From Octopus vulgaris (taxonomy: Eukaryota): a DNA stretch of 64,000 bases. Below, piece after piece: positions 50,321 through 63,000 of this stretch (position 1 is its first letter; each line of letters starts with the position of its first letter). Both the position numbers and the translations under genes were made by a program. The notes beneath the pieces were generated by a model that saw only the letters and a list, made by a program, of their open reading frames with translations, searched no databases and was not told the DNA's origin. Where the stretch lies: NCBI GenBank assembly GCA_951406725.2, contig OX597818.1, positions 41,540,001-41,604,000 on the forward strand, read 5' to 3'.

Positions 50321-51106
50321 TTGCAGAGTAGTTGATGGGTCAGATAAACTGCCTTGTGGTATTTGCCTCAGGTCTCTGAATTCCAATATTGCAGAGGCCA
50401 ACTTTGTTTTTCACTCTTTCTGAGTTGATAAAGTATCAGCCTTGTTCTAAAAGCTTGCTACCCAATCATAGGATTTCAGGTTCAGTCCCACTACATGGCA
50501 CCTAGGGCAAATGTCCTCTAATATAGCCCCATGTCAACCTAAGCATTGTGAGTAGATTTGGTAGATGGAAACTTAAAGAAGTTCATCTAAGTGTGTGTGT
50601 GCTCACAACCTTGTCTCAACATATGATGGTTGTAAATAAACATCACCATCATAGAAGCAAAATTGTTTGTCACCCGTCTTCCATGAAAAATATATCTAGC
50701 AAAGAGAGGAAACACTATCTTGCTTGGAAACAGATGAGGGTTAATAACAGGAAAGGCATCCAGCCACAGAAAATCTGCCACAACCAATTTGACCCATGCA
50801 AACATGGAAAAACAGACATTAAAAAACTATGATATACACATCTCTCTCTCTCTCTATCAAAAGGAAATCAGCGGTGGTCAGTGGTCAGAACTGTAGAAGG
50901 ATGGAGCCCTGCCTGGTCTAGAAATATCAAAGACATGCCATGTCACAGTGCCTCTGCAACTTTACCAAGGCACTGAAATTCAACTTTGTTATTAGGATTA
51001 GAGACTTAAAACGTTATTGCTCTAAACCAAAGATAACCAGATGTGGGAAACCTACAAGGAGAAAAAAAACTATTTCTAAAAAATCTATTATTATAAAATG
51101 TCTTAC

Positions 51107-51324
51107 ATGATAAGACTGTCCAACTTGATCTGGGCGCTTGCCATCCAGTAAATTGCCTCGAATAGTTGCACTCTCCAAACGAGATGGCACTCTCCCATCA
51201 TTCGGTCCAGTGACAGTAGGCGTCATTATTCCAGTAGAACCAGTAGATGAGGTCATTACTGGAGTAGACATTGCAGCTGAAGCCATGATGGGAGAACTAC
51301 TTGCAGGCCACTCGGAATTCAATT
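51107..51324 (-). CDS. ANKHD1: ANKHD1/Mask exon (ELNSEWPASS...QVGQSYH)
   Basis: cttCAG acceptor, GTAAGA donor, phase 1 to 0, open frame. Confidence 0.82.
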
Positions 51325-51496
51325 CTGAAGATATAAAATACAAAAATTATTGCAAATTTTCCTACAAATTTTCTGAAAAAATTGTTTTTAATAAATATCT
51401 GCATCTCAAAACTGAATCTAACAAATATATGCTTGCTTGGTAATTAGAACATATTTAATTATAGTAACAACGGGATAACATTTCAAACACACATAC

Positions 51497-51685
51497 CTGA
51501 ACTAAGCGCCCATATCATTGGGTTGAAATCATTATCCATGTTGATTCCTTGAGGTTTTTTAATCATACGTTCTCCTCCAATGGGTTTCAAAAGTTTACGT
51601 TCATCCATAATATTTTTTACTTGTTCTAAGGGTTGTGGTGGAGGAGTGGTACTCAGAGGCAAAGGAGAAGATGGACCTTGAACGC
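51497..51685 (-). CDS. ANKHD1: ANKHD1/Mask exon (GVQGPSSP...RKLLKPIGGER...IWALSS)
   Basis: AG/GTATGT, phase 1/1; PIGGER resembles the family PIGTER motif. Confidence 0.85.
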
Positions 51686-51996
51686 CTTCAGAAAAGAAAG
51701 AAAAAAATTCTTTAACAATGTATGCAATGATAAAACTTTGAAAGTAAAACAGCAATAAAACCGTAATTAATATTGAGCAAATAGATGGAAATTAGTAACA
51801 CACTAATAAGATATTGATAAAACACTGAAACAAAGTGATAGAATGAACTGCTTTATCTTGAATAGACAAATTAACTGTCAAAGAAAATTCTGACTGGGTC
51901 AGTCTGTTTCCCTATATTCTCACAGACTAAAGGATCACAATTATTCTTTTCAGTCTTTTCATCAGGTTGAACACCTTCGTGGCCAGAACAGTAAGT

Positions 51997-52244
51997 CAGT
52001 GTTCATCACTTTTTACCTATGGACCCCTTTGATTCCTGTTTTACTAGGATGGACCCTTATAGGCATTTGATGTTTAAAAAATCACATTTTTATAATTGAA
52101 TACTATTAGGAATTGTATAAAAAAAGATTAAGATATTTTGTGTATTGTAGAAGTATAAACAAATATATTGCAGATAGATTTTAACTACGAAAGTCTTATC
52201 TGGCCTCCACAAAGGCCACTATGGACCCCAGTTGAAAATCACTG
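51997..52244. mobile_element. hAT-type MITE
   Basis: CAGTG...CACTG termini, perfect 8-bp TSD CAGTAAGT (51989-96, 52245-52), internal repeated ATGGACCC motifs. Confidence 0.85.
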
Positions 52245-53066
52245 CAGTAAGTTAAAAATAAGGTTAAATAAGATCTACAATTTCTTTTTATATTAAGTTA
52301 TTAGAATACACTGACACACATGAAAAAGCAACTTTTACATCATTTTGTAAAATATTTACTCTGACCACAATACAAAGTAAATTGATTTCAAATCCTCTCA
52401 TCACCCAAATTAGATAATATGAAGCTATTTGTCAAAAGTTGCTCTAAAACTGAAAAGTTAAATTTTAACTGAATCCATACACACACACAACTGTACCTCT
52501 AATGCCTTAGAGAAAGCTATAAATACCATAATTTCCTTGTTTCTCCATCCCTTACATATTAAACACAGTTAGTTCATTTTCTTCACAAAAAAAATTTGGC
52601 ATTATAAACAATGAATAAAACTAGCACTTTTTAAAATTATTGGTGAGCCTAACTTCATAAACGATAATTTTTTTTTTATATACACTTGCAATATTATAGA
52701 CTTTGGAGGCTCTGAAATTCTAAAATGTTGAATGTTCAAAATATCAAAGCCCACATAAGAATATCATTGAATTTTAATATAAAATAATAATTTATTTTTA
52801 ACTACCCACAAGGGGCTAAACACAGAGAGGACAAACAAGGACAAACGGATTAAGTCGATTGCATCAACCTCAGTGCGTAACTGGTACTTAATTTATCGAC
52901 CCTGAAAGGATGAAAGGCAAAGTCGACCTCGGCATATATGGATACACGAGTGTTAGTGTTAGATTGGCTCAATCAGAATACCATTCCTTAAACCACTTCA
53001 ATAACTATCTAGAATTAAAATATTTTTGAATTCAAGTTAAATTTATAAACTAAAAGAATTATTTAC

Positions 53067-55066
53067 CTTTTGTACGTAGTGCTATAGATGGTGCACTGTT
53101 TGGTCGCACTTGTGGATGCATTGGTGAATATGGACGCTGCACTGGTTGGTTAGGATTTATCATGTTAGTAGTTGGTTGGTTACTAAATTGGCTGAGTATG
53201 TTATAATTGGGTTGCATATCTGGCATAGGTGGAGGATGGGGAGGAGCTACAGGGAGGTAGTTGGGCTGAGGGTGCATACTGCTGTAGTTAGGGTTTACAA
53301 AAGTAGCATTTAAAGCATGAGTTGCATACATTGCAGTTTGAATGTTACCAGAATTCAAGTTACCAACCCCTGTACGACCAAGAAACTGTGCAGGCAAATT
53401 CCCCTGAGGTGTGGAAACACTTTTGAAATCAGGTGCAAGAGGATTTAAAATGCTATCTATTTTTGGAAGAGTCATAGGTTGGTTAGGAATGGTATATTCC
53501 TCCTTCTGACTAGACATAACAGGAGGTAGCATCCGTTGGTGTGCTGCTTCCAAAGTTACACCTGCCCTTATGGTCCTTGGAGACAATCCAGGCTGACCTG
53601 AATTATTTGACCGGGGTGACAATGAGCAACCCACTGAATTTAACATAACATCTGAATTATGTAAAGACAGTCCAAAAGGGTTTTTATAATTGGGCACTTT
53701 AACTGGTTCTAGATCTGATACTAAAGTGTGCTGGGGGGAATTTGTCCTGTGTCCATTAGGTTTATAGCCAGGAGCTTTAGCCTGCAAAGCAGCGTCTATC
53801 TTTGGTTCTGCAGGTAATGGTTTAGGGGAACTTCGACCAACTTGGGACGGCAATCCAGAATTCATTTGCACTCCGGCAGCAACACTGGCAAAATTCATTC
53901 TTTCTCCACAGTGGTCATCTTTTTTCCCCATTACCTGCTCAGCAACATGACTAAACAAGTTATTAAAAGGAGAATAGTCACATGGTAATGTGACAGGAAT
54001 GGATGCTGCTTCAGATGAAAGCTGAGACTGAGGCATAACATTACCACCACCTGTTCGCATTACTAAGTTAGTATTTACTATTGAAGGAGCAGTTGGAGGA
54101 CCAACTGGATTGGGGGCTATACCACCACCACCACCGCCACTACTACCACCACTGCTGCCACCACTACTACCACCACCACCACAAAGTATATCTAATGGCT
54201 TCATGTTGGGAGGAGGAGGTCTGTAATTAACTTTGGTGCTAGGTGTGATTGTAGACTTAATTTGAGGAGAAGAATTAGAGGAATGGGTTTCAACCTTTAC
54301 AGCTGAGGTAGCAGTAGAAGTTATTAGTTTTATCCCTGATGGAGCACTGCTATAGGTGACAGTTGCATGGGTAGTTGTTACCACAGTAGGCACAGTTGTT
54401 GTCCGCTTATCACTCGGGAACAACTGCCTAACAACTTTGGCCTCTGGAGCAGATGAAGTGGCAACGGAAGCTGTAGTGGGCGGAGACCGGATCTGTACCT
54501 GATGGTGGGGTTGGGATTGTTGCTGCTGAGTGACATTACTTAACGACGCAGACTTCTGAGAAGGATGTGGATTGTGCTGAGGTGAGTTGAGGGTTGAAGT
54601 GGACTGAGCATTTGACCAGACTTGACTCTGCACAACACCACTTCCAGAACTTTGTACCAATGTTGGTCGTGGTGCAGAATTACCAACAGAGGAAGTCACC
54701 AAATTAGGGGGTTGTTGTTTGGAGATGGCAGGCCTTTGAACCTTATTATTCGAACTGTAGCTTGACAATGAAGGACATGTGGAAACATAAGTCCCGCTAG
54801 CAATAGAAGTGTTAGTGACATGGTTAGTATTGCAACTATCACTATTACTGCTAGTTGAAGCCACACTGGAGTTTGTCCATTCAGATGTTAACTGAGTCTG
54901 CAATGGGACATGATTTGACTGCTGATGTGACTGAGTGTGCTGCTGTTGTTGCTGGCTCTGTCGTGATTGTTTATTTTTGGGTAATATCTCAGCAATTTCT
55001 TTATCAGGATCAGAAACTAGGGCATTTATTAATAAATGAGCTTGTCTGGTTGCTTCAGCAGATCCC
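53067..55066 (-). CDS. ANKHD1: ANKHD1/Mask 2000-nt exon (end of KH, GSAEATRQAHLLINALVSDPDKEI, then long disordered S/T/Q/P-rich region)
   Basis: Lies within the 678-aa ORF. tttCAG acceptor, GTAAAT donor, phase 2 to 1. Contains VRQLF, FASVAA and KAPGY motifs typical of Mask proteins. Confidence 0.93.
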
Positions 55067-56611
55067 CTGAAAGAAAGAAAAAAAAAAGTTTCCATTAAAA
55101 TAAGTTGGAAACGTGAAAAATTGTCTTAATCTACCACATAATAATGTTCCAAGTTTAGTTCATCATCATTTATCGTCCGTTTTCAATGCTGGCATGGGCT
55201 GGACGGTTTGACTGAGAACTGGTATGCTGGGGAGCAGCACCAGGTTTGAATCTGATTTGGCACGATTCCTACAGCTGGATGTTCTTCCTAATGCCAACTA
55301 CTCCAAGAGTATAGTGAGTGCTTTTTACATGCTACTAGCAAATGTACCAGTTATATCTAAACAAAAAATACCTCTACTAAATCTGTGGATGATATGAGGC
55401 TCTAAAGGCACATTGCTTATGTTTATTGTGCCTGCACACAATCATCTTCCTAACACCTTCATCCTTCCACTCATGTTCACTCACCGCATTCTTCTCACCA
55501 CCAGCTACCACACTCCTTTGACACTCTCACAAACTCGACTGCTCACTCGCCCTATCCAATACCCTGAACCACATATATCCTGACATCTTCCTCACCATCT
55601 TCTCTCTCTCACCTCTTCTCCAACTGCACAAGGCCTGTTTTTGTTCTAAACCACTTGTCACAAAGTCTTCTCCTTCAATACTACTTCCCCTTCAGTTGAG
55701 AGGTCTTGCCTTACAAATTACTTGATGATATCACTAGTGCTGGTGCCACTTAAAAAGCTCCTAGTACACACTCAAGTTGTTAGCACTAGGAAGAGCATCC
55801 AGTCACAGAAACCATGCCAGAGTAGACAATAGAGCTTGGTGCAGTTCTCACGTTTATCAGCTCCTGTCCACTGTCCACCAAGGAAGGTGAATATTCTTTT
55901 CTATTCTATGCACAAGGCATGAAATTTTGGGGGAGGGGAGGCCCAGTAGATGAGATCAACCCCTGTATACAACTGGTACTTAATTTATCAACTCCAAAAG
56001 AATGAAAGGCAAAGTCGACCTCGGCGGAATTTGAACTCAGAACGTAAAGACAGACGAAATACCACTAAGCAATTCACCCGACATGCTAACGTTTCTTATT
56101 TCTTTACTGCACACAAGGGGCTAAACATAGAGGGGACAAACAAGGACAGACAAAGGGATTAAGTCGATTACATCGACCCCAGTGCATAACTGGTACTTTA
56201 TTTATCGACCCCGAAAGGAGGAAAGGCAAAGTCGACCTCAGTGGAATTTGAACTCAGAATGTAAAGACAGATGAAATACCGCTAACCATTTCACCCAGCG
56301 TGCTAACGTTTTTGCCAGCTCACCACCTTAGGAAGGTGGATATTAAATGATGATGATGTCCATTACTTTCCCTTTCAGTCATTACAAGCTAATGGGTAAA
56401 AAAAAAACAAGACATCAATTGGCAAAAAGACTATGTATTCCACCACAGTACAACTGTGATTATATCAAGCAAAAAGCTAGTTAGCAATATATCAGCCAGA
56501 AATCTAAGAGGAAATACAAAACCATTCATGACGAACAATAATTAAAATGTAGAATTATGAATATTTATATCTTTCTTGATGTTAAGAGATAAAAGCTCAG
56601 AAGTAACTTAC

Positions 56612-56758
56612 TTGATAGTAATCAATCTGTCACCAGAGCCTTTCTGTTTTTCAACTTCTATATGCGCTCCTGAGGCATCTCTTATGGCATTAATATTGGC
56701 ACCACCTCGGCCTATTACTCGACTGATAGCATTCGCAGAAACTATGATTTTTTTAGAT
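56612..56758 (-). CDS. ANKHD1: ANKHD1/Mask KH-domain exon (SKKIIVSANAISRVIGRGGANINAIRDASGAHIEVEKQKGSGDRLITI)
   Basis: Type I KH signature VIGRGG.NI..IR (intact GxxG loop). TAG/GTAAGT, phase 2/2. Confidence 0.95.
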
Positions 56759-56876
56759 CTATACAAAAAAAAACATTTGCATTTTTAATTATAATGGAAA
56801 AAAATAAAATATTTCAAAAATATAGCAAAATACAGAAACAAATACAAAAAACAACAAAAAATTAAAGAAAACTTAC

Positions 56877-57023
56877 TTCCTTACGACTTCTTTCCAACCA
56901 TCTTCCTTTCTCTGACCTCTTTTAGGACTCATGTTTACATTGTGAGCCTTCATTAAACTGACAGTTCGATCACTTGAATTGGTATTTTTATCTAATAAAG
57001 GTCCAAAATGTTCCTGACACTCC
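56877..57023 (-). CDS. ANKHD1: ANKHD1/Mask exon (...MSPKRGQRKEDGWKEVVR)
   Basis: SPKRGQ..E.GWKEVVR is the conserved pre-KH motif. CAG/GTAAGT, 147 nt, phase 2/2. Confidence 0.92.
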
Positions 57024-59320
57024 CTGTGGTGGGGGAAAAAAAATTAGTGGTTACCACCTAATATTACAAACATTTCACAACTGCAATCATGTTACCTAAT
57101 ATCTGTAATATCATTTAGTGCTGGTTTCCATCCTTACCCTCCGTATTAGTAACAAGAAAATTAATTTATTAGTCTAACTAAATAATCCAAAATATGCCAT
57201 CTAAAATTTTTGGATATTTTTACACATTGATTTCATTATACTTTGAACCTTCTCAAAAAAATGAATACTAGCTTGGAGATTCAGCTTAACTCATTTCCTT
57301 TTATTTATGCCAAATCAACTGTTCCAGTCAATAATCACAGAGGTAAACAGATAAGCAGATCAGAGTGGGGAAGAGCCGGTAATACATGGCTTTCTACATT
57401 CTTGAATGAAAAGTCAGCCTTTTTTTTTTAAACCCTAACCTTTATAATAGGAATCAAGAAGCTATTAAATATAACTGAATAAATGAAACATTTTCCATCA
57501 GACTGGAAACCGGATTGTTTAAGCTGTTAGTATTTTCACAGTACAAGACACCAGCAGTACACCAATGTGTGGAGAAGAAAATCTTGACCCATTATTAAAA
57601 TAAAAGCCTTTTTGTTTGCTGTGCAAAAGACATTTAAGCTTTTTTTATTTTATTTTACAAGCCAGGGAAAAAAAGATTAACCATAGATGAAACGATGGTG
57701 GGATATAAATGCTGGACAAACCTGCAGAACGGGGCATAGAAATGTGGACAGTGTATGAAGTGGATACTGAATACAGTAGTGAGGTTAATTTTTATGCGAG
57801 TGAAAAAAAAAAACTTGCACTAGTCAGTATGGTATAGTTATTTCTTTACTACCCTATCACTTCTACACCATACCCAAAGCTAACTATTATTAATGTTTGA
57901 CTAATATTTTTGTCTGGTCAAACTTGTGGCAAACTTTAAAGCTGTGACAATATTCATGTGCCACATGAATGTTGCGAATAAAAAAAAAAAGGGATGCCAG
58001 TGAATACATATATAAAGAAAAAAGCAAAATAATTCAACAGCAGAAAGGAATTATTTAAGAACTACATATAGAGGTAAATTTATTTTCACTCTATAGATCA
58101 GCTGAATCAGATGATGAGCTAGTGATGTAGAGCAGGTAAAAAACGTGGTGACAATATCTGACTTAGTATATCATAAATGTGAATGTGTTGTTAATACTTC
58201 TTTTATTGTATATCAAGAAAGGCTCAAAAGTGATGGGATCATCAGCAGTTCCACGTATATGTTGCAACACAACTGACCATCAAAAAATTGTTGGGTAAAA
58301 GGCAAATTTCAGAGGAAAAAATATCCTTCTGAAATTCAGCCATTTCCATAATTTAAAAAAAACCCCCAAAAAAAACAACTCAATAGTCACAGAAGATTGT
58401 ACTAGCATCGAAGCATCAAAAAGGAGAGTATTAAAGTCAATTGCAAAGACTTCCCAATGTGTGTTCAAACCTACCCTAATTCTTTATTTTCTATTTACTC
58501 AAAAGGTCTATGTGAATGTATCTCATTTTGTCATTTTCAAACACTCATAAATTTCGAGATACATTATAGGTGCAGGTGTTACTGTGTGGTTGAGAAGTCT
58601 GCTTTTCAACCACATGGTTTCAGGTTCAGTCCCAATGCAGAGAACTTTGGGCAAGTGTTTTTTTCACTATAGCCCTAAGCTAATAACAGATGACTGAGTA
58701 GATTTGGTAGACAGAAACTTAAAGAAGTCTGTTGTGCATTATATAACATCCGTTTTCCATGCTAGTATATATGTGTGTATTTATGTCTTGAAATTTGCCA
58801 GTAAGCATCACCATTACACATGCAGAGTCCATTTCCAATATTTTTGCAAAAACATGTCAGGTTGGCGACAGGAAGGGCATCTGGCCACAAGAAATTTACC
58901 TCAGCAAATTCCATCCAAGTCATATAGAAGTGGACATTATAACGACAATGAAGATGATGATTATTGCATAACCTGTTTTATATGCATATTTCTATATCAT
59001 AATTGTTATTTACCCAGGTGAATAATGACCAATAAATAACACTTGTTATATAGAGATATTTAAGCAAAATTTTAACTTTCATTATGGAATTAAGAGTAGA
59101 TTTGAGACAAAAAGTCTATTTAGTTTATCAAGTCATGCTACAAATACCACATCATATCAAAAAACAAATAATTGTTTTTTCAAACAATTTGTCCAAGTTT
59201 CAAAGTAAAATACATATTTTAGTTAGGAATACAGTAACAACTGTTCTAAATGCATCACAGACCAACATGAAGATCTGAACATAAAAATGAAAGTGTAAGA
59301 TTAACAAACATAAGACTTAC

Positions 59321-59429
59321 ACAATTGATTTTTTATCCAAGCTTTTAGTTAATAATTTATCAATTTCTGAACCATAAACTTTATATGGTATTTCTAGCAA
59401 AGACCCAAAATCATCAAGATCTCCAATGG
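59321..59429 (-). CDS. ANKHD1: ANKHD1/Mask exon (IGDLDDFGSLLEIPYKVYGSEIDKLLTKSLDKKSI)
   Basis: Strong pyrimidine tract + CAG, GTAAGT donor; phase 1 to 2 bridges the flanking exons. Not in the ORF track. Confidence 0.82.
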
Positions 59430-59753
59430 CTGTAAGATTAAAGAAGAAAAAAAATTATATAAAAACAGAGTATATGCAAAATTAAATAATACATAAACAG
59501 TGTGAATAAGTCATTCCAAAGAGACACTGGAATCAAGTAACAGCCATCTTTTATTCAATGTTTCTAAAACAACATCTTATGTGGGTCCTTGTTTTTAGTA
59601 GGTTATGATTTGAGGGAGATTTAGCTACCCAGATATAGTTCTTAGTAGTTCAATCAGTCACATTAGCATAATCGTTCCTAAGAAAAAAAACTACATGAAG
59701 TTTTTTTTTCCTGAATATGTCACTAATAGGTACTACTGGAATCCAATATATAA

Positions 59754-59967
59754 CCCTTTCGTTACCGTATTTATTTTGAGATGCTCTGTGTTTCTTTGAA
59801 TTACTTTGAATATAACAAATAATTTAGTAAAATAACTTAGTTAACATTAAGTTAGTGTTAGGAACATAAATTGTGACTAAGGTTTGGTGGAAGATTTTAA
59901 TTCAAAACTTATAAAAACAAGACATTTGTACTCAGAGCCGGTTTCAGCCGGGTTGGTAACGAAAGGG
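59754..59967. mobile_element. piggyBac-like MITE
   Basis: TIRs CCCTTTCGTTACC / GGTAACGAAAGGG with (A/T)TAA and TTAA flanks; related fragments near 44390-44550. Confidence 0.8.
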
Positions 59968-60094
59968 TTAAATATGTTTACTTCTAAATGTTAAGTGAAC
60001 ACAAATTCCACAAAGTATGTAACAATGGTAAATAAATATATCTCATTAGCTTAAATAATTTGGCAGAAAAAAGAGAAAAAAATCCCATACTTAC

Positions 60095-60559
60095 TTGACT
60101 TTTTACCTGAAGAACTTGAATTTACATGGTCTCTCTTTTTCTTTTTGCTACTGTTACTGTTGTTGTTGTTATTGTTAGTATTACCACTTCCACCACCACT
60201 GCTGCTGCTGCTCCCACCATTGCCACCACCACCACTGCTACTACCTCCTCCACCACTTCCACTATTAGTTGATCTCACCTCAGACTCCTTGTTCCCATTC
60301 ATGTTACTAACAGACATTGTTACCGTTGAAGTGGTTTGACTGGCAGTGGCCGAGGAGCCAATAGCAACTGTTGAGGTATTTGACAATTTTGTGAGCCTGC
60401 TATCCGGTGGTTTGTCTTTCACCTTATTTTTGCCCTTCTTATTCTTTCGCAACTCATGATTTAGACTTGAGTTTGAAGTTTGACATGTAATAAGCTTTGC
60501 TTGGTGGTTCCGATAGCGCTTGATCTTTGGTTCACTCATTGCACCGTTACTTATAGTGC
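60095..60559 (-). CDS. ANKHD1: ANKHD1/Mask exon (low-complexity S/G/N/K-rich)
   Basis: tttgCAG acceptor, GTAAGT donor, 465 nt open frame, phase 1/1. Confidence 0.85.
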
Positions 60560-61699
60560 CTGCAAAATACAATGAAAACTACATTTTCCACCTGATTGAA
60601 AACAAACAATTCTTTTTTTTTCAACATGCAAGTGCACACACAAGCACATGTCCATACATACATGCACTGTGTGATATGAATATATCTTCTGCTAAGATTG
60701 CATTCGTTCAAAACATCTTTAAACCAAATAAATACTGATGCAAAATTGTTCCACAGATTCATATTTATAGACAGCTTTCTGTTGTTAAGGAAAATGTTTT
60801 TGAATGCATTTAATTCTTTGATTTTGTTTTAGGCAATTTTGGCTTTTGAATCTGAGGTAAATTTTACTGGCACAATTTTGTTGTCTTTGGCAGGCTTTCC
60901 ATTGTGCTGCCTTTGTGAATGTTTTTACATAGACAGTACTGGGTGCAACTGGACTGTTTTTCAAGAAGTTCATACCCATCCTTTCATTGTCTGCATTCTA
61001 TATTTACTCAACATGTGGAAGTGATAGTATACAGTTTCCATTTATATTTAATTTAAATAACAATTTTGCCTATTTAACTCACATAAATTAGTACCATATA
61101 TATTTTGTCATAATCACAGTATTGTTATCCACTTCTCCACACTTGCATGAGTTTGACAAAATTCACTAAGGCAGTTTTTCTATTATTGCATGTCCTTCCT
61201 ATAACTAACCTTCACCTGTTTCCAACCAGAGTAATATTCCCTCAAGGCGGCAAGCCAGCAGAAACGTTAGCATGCTGGGCAAATTGCTTAGTGGCATTTC
61301 ATGCCTTTATGTTCTGCGTTCAAATTCCGCTGAGGTCGACTTTGCCTTTCATCCTTTCAGGATCAATAAATTAAGTACTAGTTGTGTACTGGGGATGATC
61401 TAATCAACCGCTCCACCCATCCCAAATTTCGGGCCTTGTGCCTAGGGTAGAAAAGAACATTCCCCCAATAGCTCGACATATTTTCACAGAAGGCTGGAAA
61501 CAATGAGCACTGCTTGTACGAACGACAGCGAAGCCTATTCATAGCTATCATGCCATGTTAAGACAAGGGGACACAAACACATCCATCCACCTCATACACA
61601 CATATGTATAAAACAGACTTCATTCAGTTCTTGTCAACCAAATTAGCCCAAGGTGCCACATAATGAGACTGAACTAGAAGCCAGATGACTGAGATGCAA

Positions 61700-62360
61700 A
61701 CCTCTTTACACACACACAGAGGATCAGATGAACACACAGAACAACCATTGGTTTGCTGTGTTCCCAGATAAAAATCAAACATGCAATCAACATCAGGATA
61801 TTTGGAGTGATCACTAGTGACATTATGGCCTCCATTCATCTTCCCACATGGTCTCAGACGTAACACGGAGGCCTACATCAAGTGCCTGGAGAAGATAGTG
61901 CTGCCCTGGATCAAGAGGATGGCTGCTGAAAGACCCTATGTCTGGCAACAGGACTCTGCACCATGCTACACAAGCAGGAGAACCCAGTCATGGCTGTCAG
62001 ATAATTTCTGCGACCACATCACCCCTAACATCTGGCCACTTAACTCTCTAGACTGCAACCCCTTGATTATTATGGGTGGGGCGCAGTTGAACAAGAGACC
62101 AACAAAACTCCTTGTAACACCAAAGATGAATTGAGAGCAAGGATTATGGCAGCATTCACCAACTTGAACAAAGAAATCGTCCAGAAGAGTTGCAGGAGAT
62201 TCCAAAGTCATCTGGAGGCCGTGGTCAAAGCCAGTGGCGATTTTATTCAATAAATTTACTCTAGTATTTCTAAATATTTTTATTTAAGTAAATATATCTG
62301 TTAAAATGAGATGCCAGTGTTATTTTCATTCTTGCATAATTTAGACAAGTTTATTCACAG
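61700..62360 (+). mobile_element. Tc1/mariner-superfamily (maT/DD37D-like) transposase remnant
   Basis: PPFIFPHG...YVWQQDSAPC...WPLNSLDCNPL catalytic-domain motifs with frameshifts. Confidence 0.8.
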
Positions 62361-62437
62361 GAGAGAGAGCGAGCGAGCGAGAGAGTTTTACTAAAAATGC
62401 TTTACAGAATTAAAATTGCAATAAAGTAGTAACAGAC

Positions 62438-62556
62438 CTATTGTAGTAGTAGTAGTTGCAGAAGGTGGTTCTAATAGAACTAAAACATCTTCCTCTTCTT
62501 CTTCTTCCTCCCCTTTAGGTGTACTGTTTGTTTCGGGCACAGGAGAACTGTTTTTA
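62438..62556 (-). CDS. ANKHD1: ANKHD1/Mask exon (KNSSPVPET...EEEEEEEDVLVLLEPPSATTTTTI)
   Basis: AG/GT bounded, phase 2 to 1 matches both neighbours; contains the family EPPSATTTTTIG motif. Confidence 0.88.
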
Positions 62557-62785
62557 CTAGATATAATTATAAAAAAAAAAAATAAATAATTAATCATAAT
62601 TATAAAAGAAAAGATATAATTAAAAAGAAAGGAAAAAAAAATTGAAGGAATAAGTCAAATCTTGTGGTCGTATTTATTGGCTAGCTCTATCATTAATTTA
62701 GATACAATGAAACAGGTATATTCAGAGTTATTGAACAAATGGAAATTATGCAATCAATTCATGCAGAAAACAACTGGCAACATAC

Positions 62786-63000
62786 ATGTTTGATTCTCTT
62801 TCTTTTTCTAACTTCTCTTTCTTCTTCTTTTTCTTGCGTTCCCTCCGCTTTGCTGCTGCTGCCCTCTTGTTTTCCTCCCATTGTCGTTCTTTGTCTAGTT
62901 CTTCCAAAAGGATGGTAGCATTCTTGTTAGCTTCTGCCGCCTGCCGATCTTTGGCACTTATGATTGCATCCATACACTGCCTGCATTTTTTGTTTAATTC
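62786..63000 (-). CDS. ANKHD1: ANKHD1/ANKRD17/Mask exon (post-ankyrin coiled coil, ELNKKCRQCMDAIISAKDRQAAEANKNATILLEELDKE...AAAKRRERKKKKKKEK)
   Basis: AKDRQAAEANKNATILLEELD is the conserved Mask-family segment after the second ankyrin block. ttgCAG acceptor, GTATGT donor. Upstream exons lie outside the window. Confidence 0.93.
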
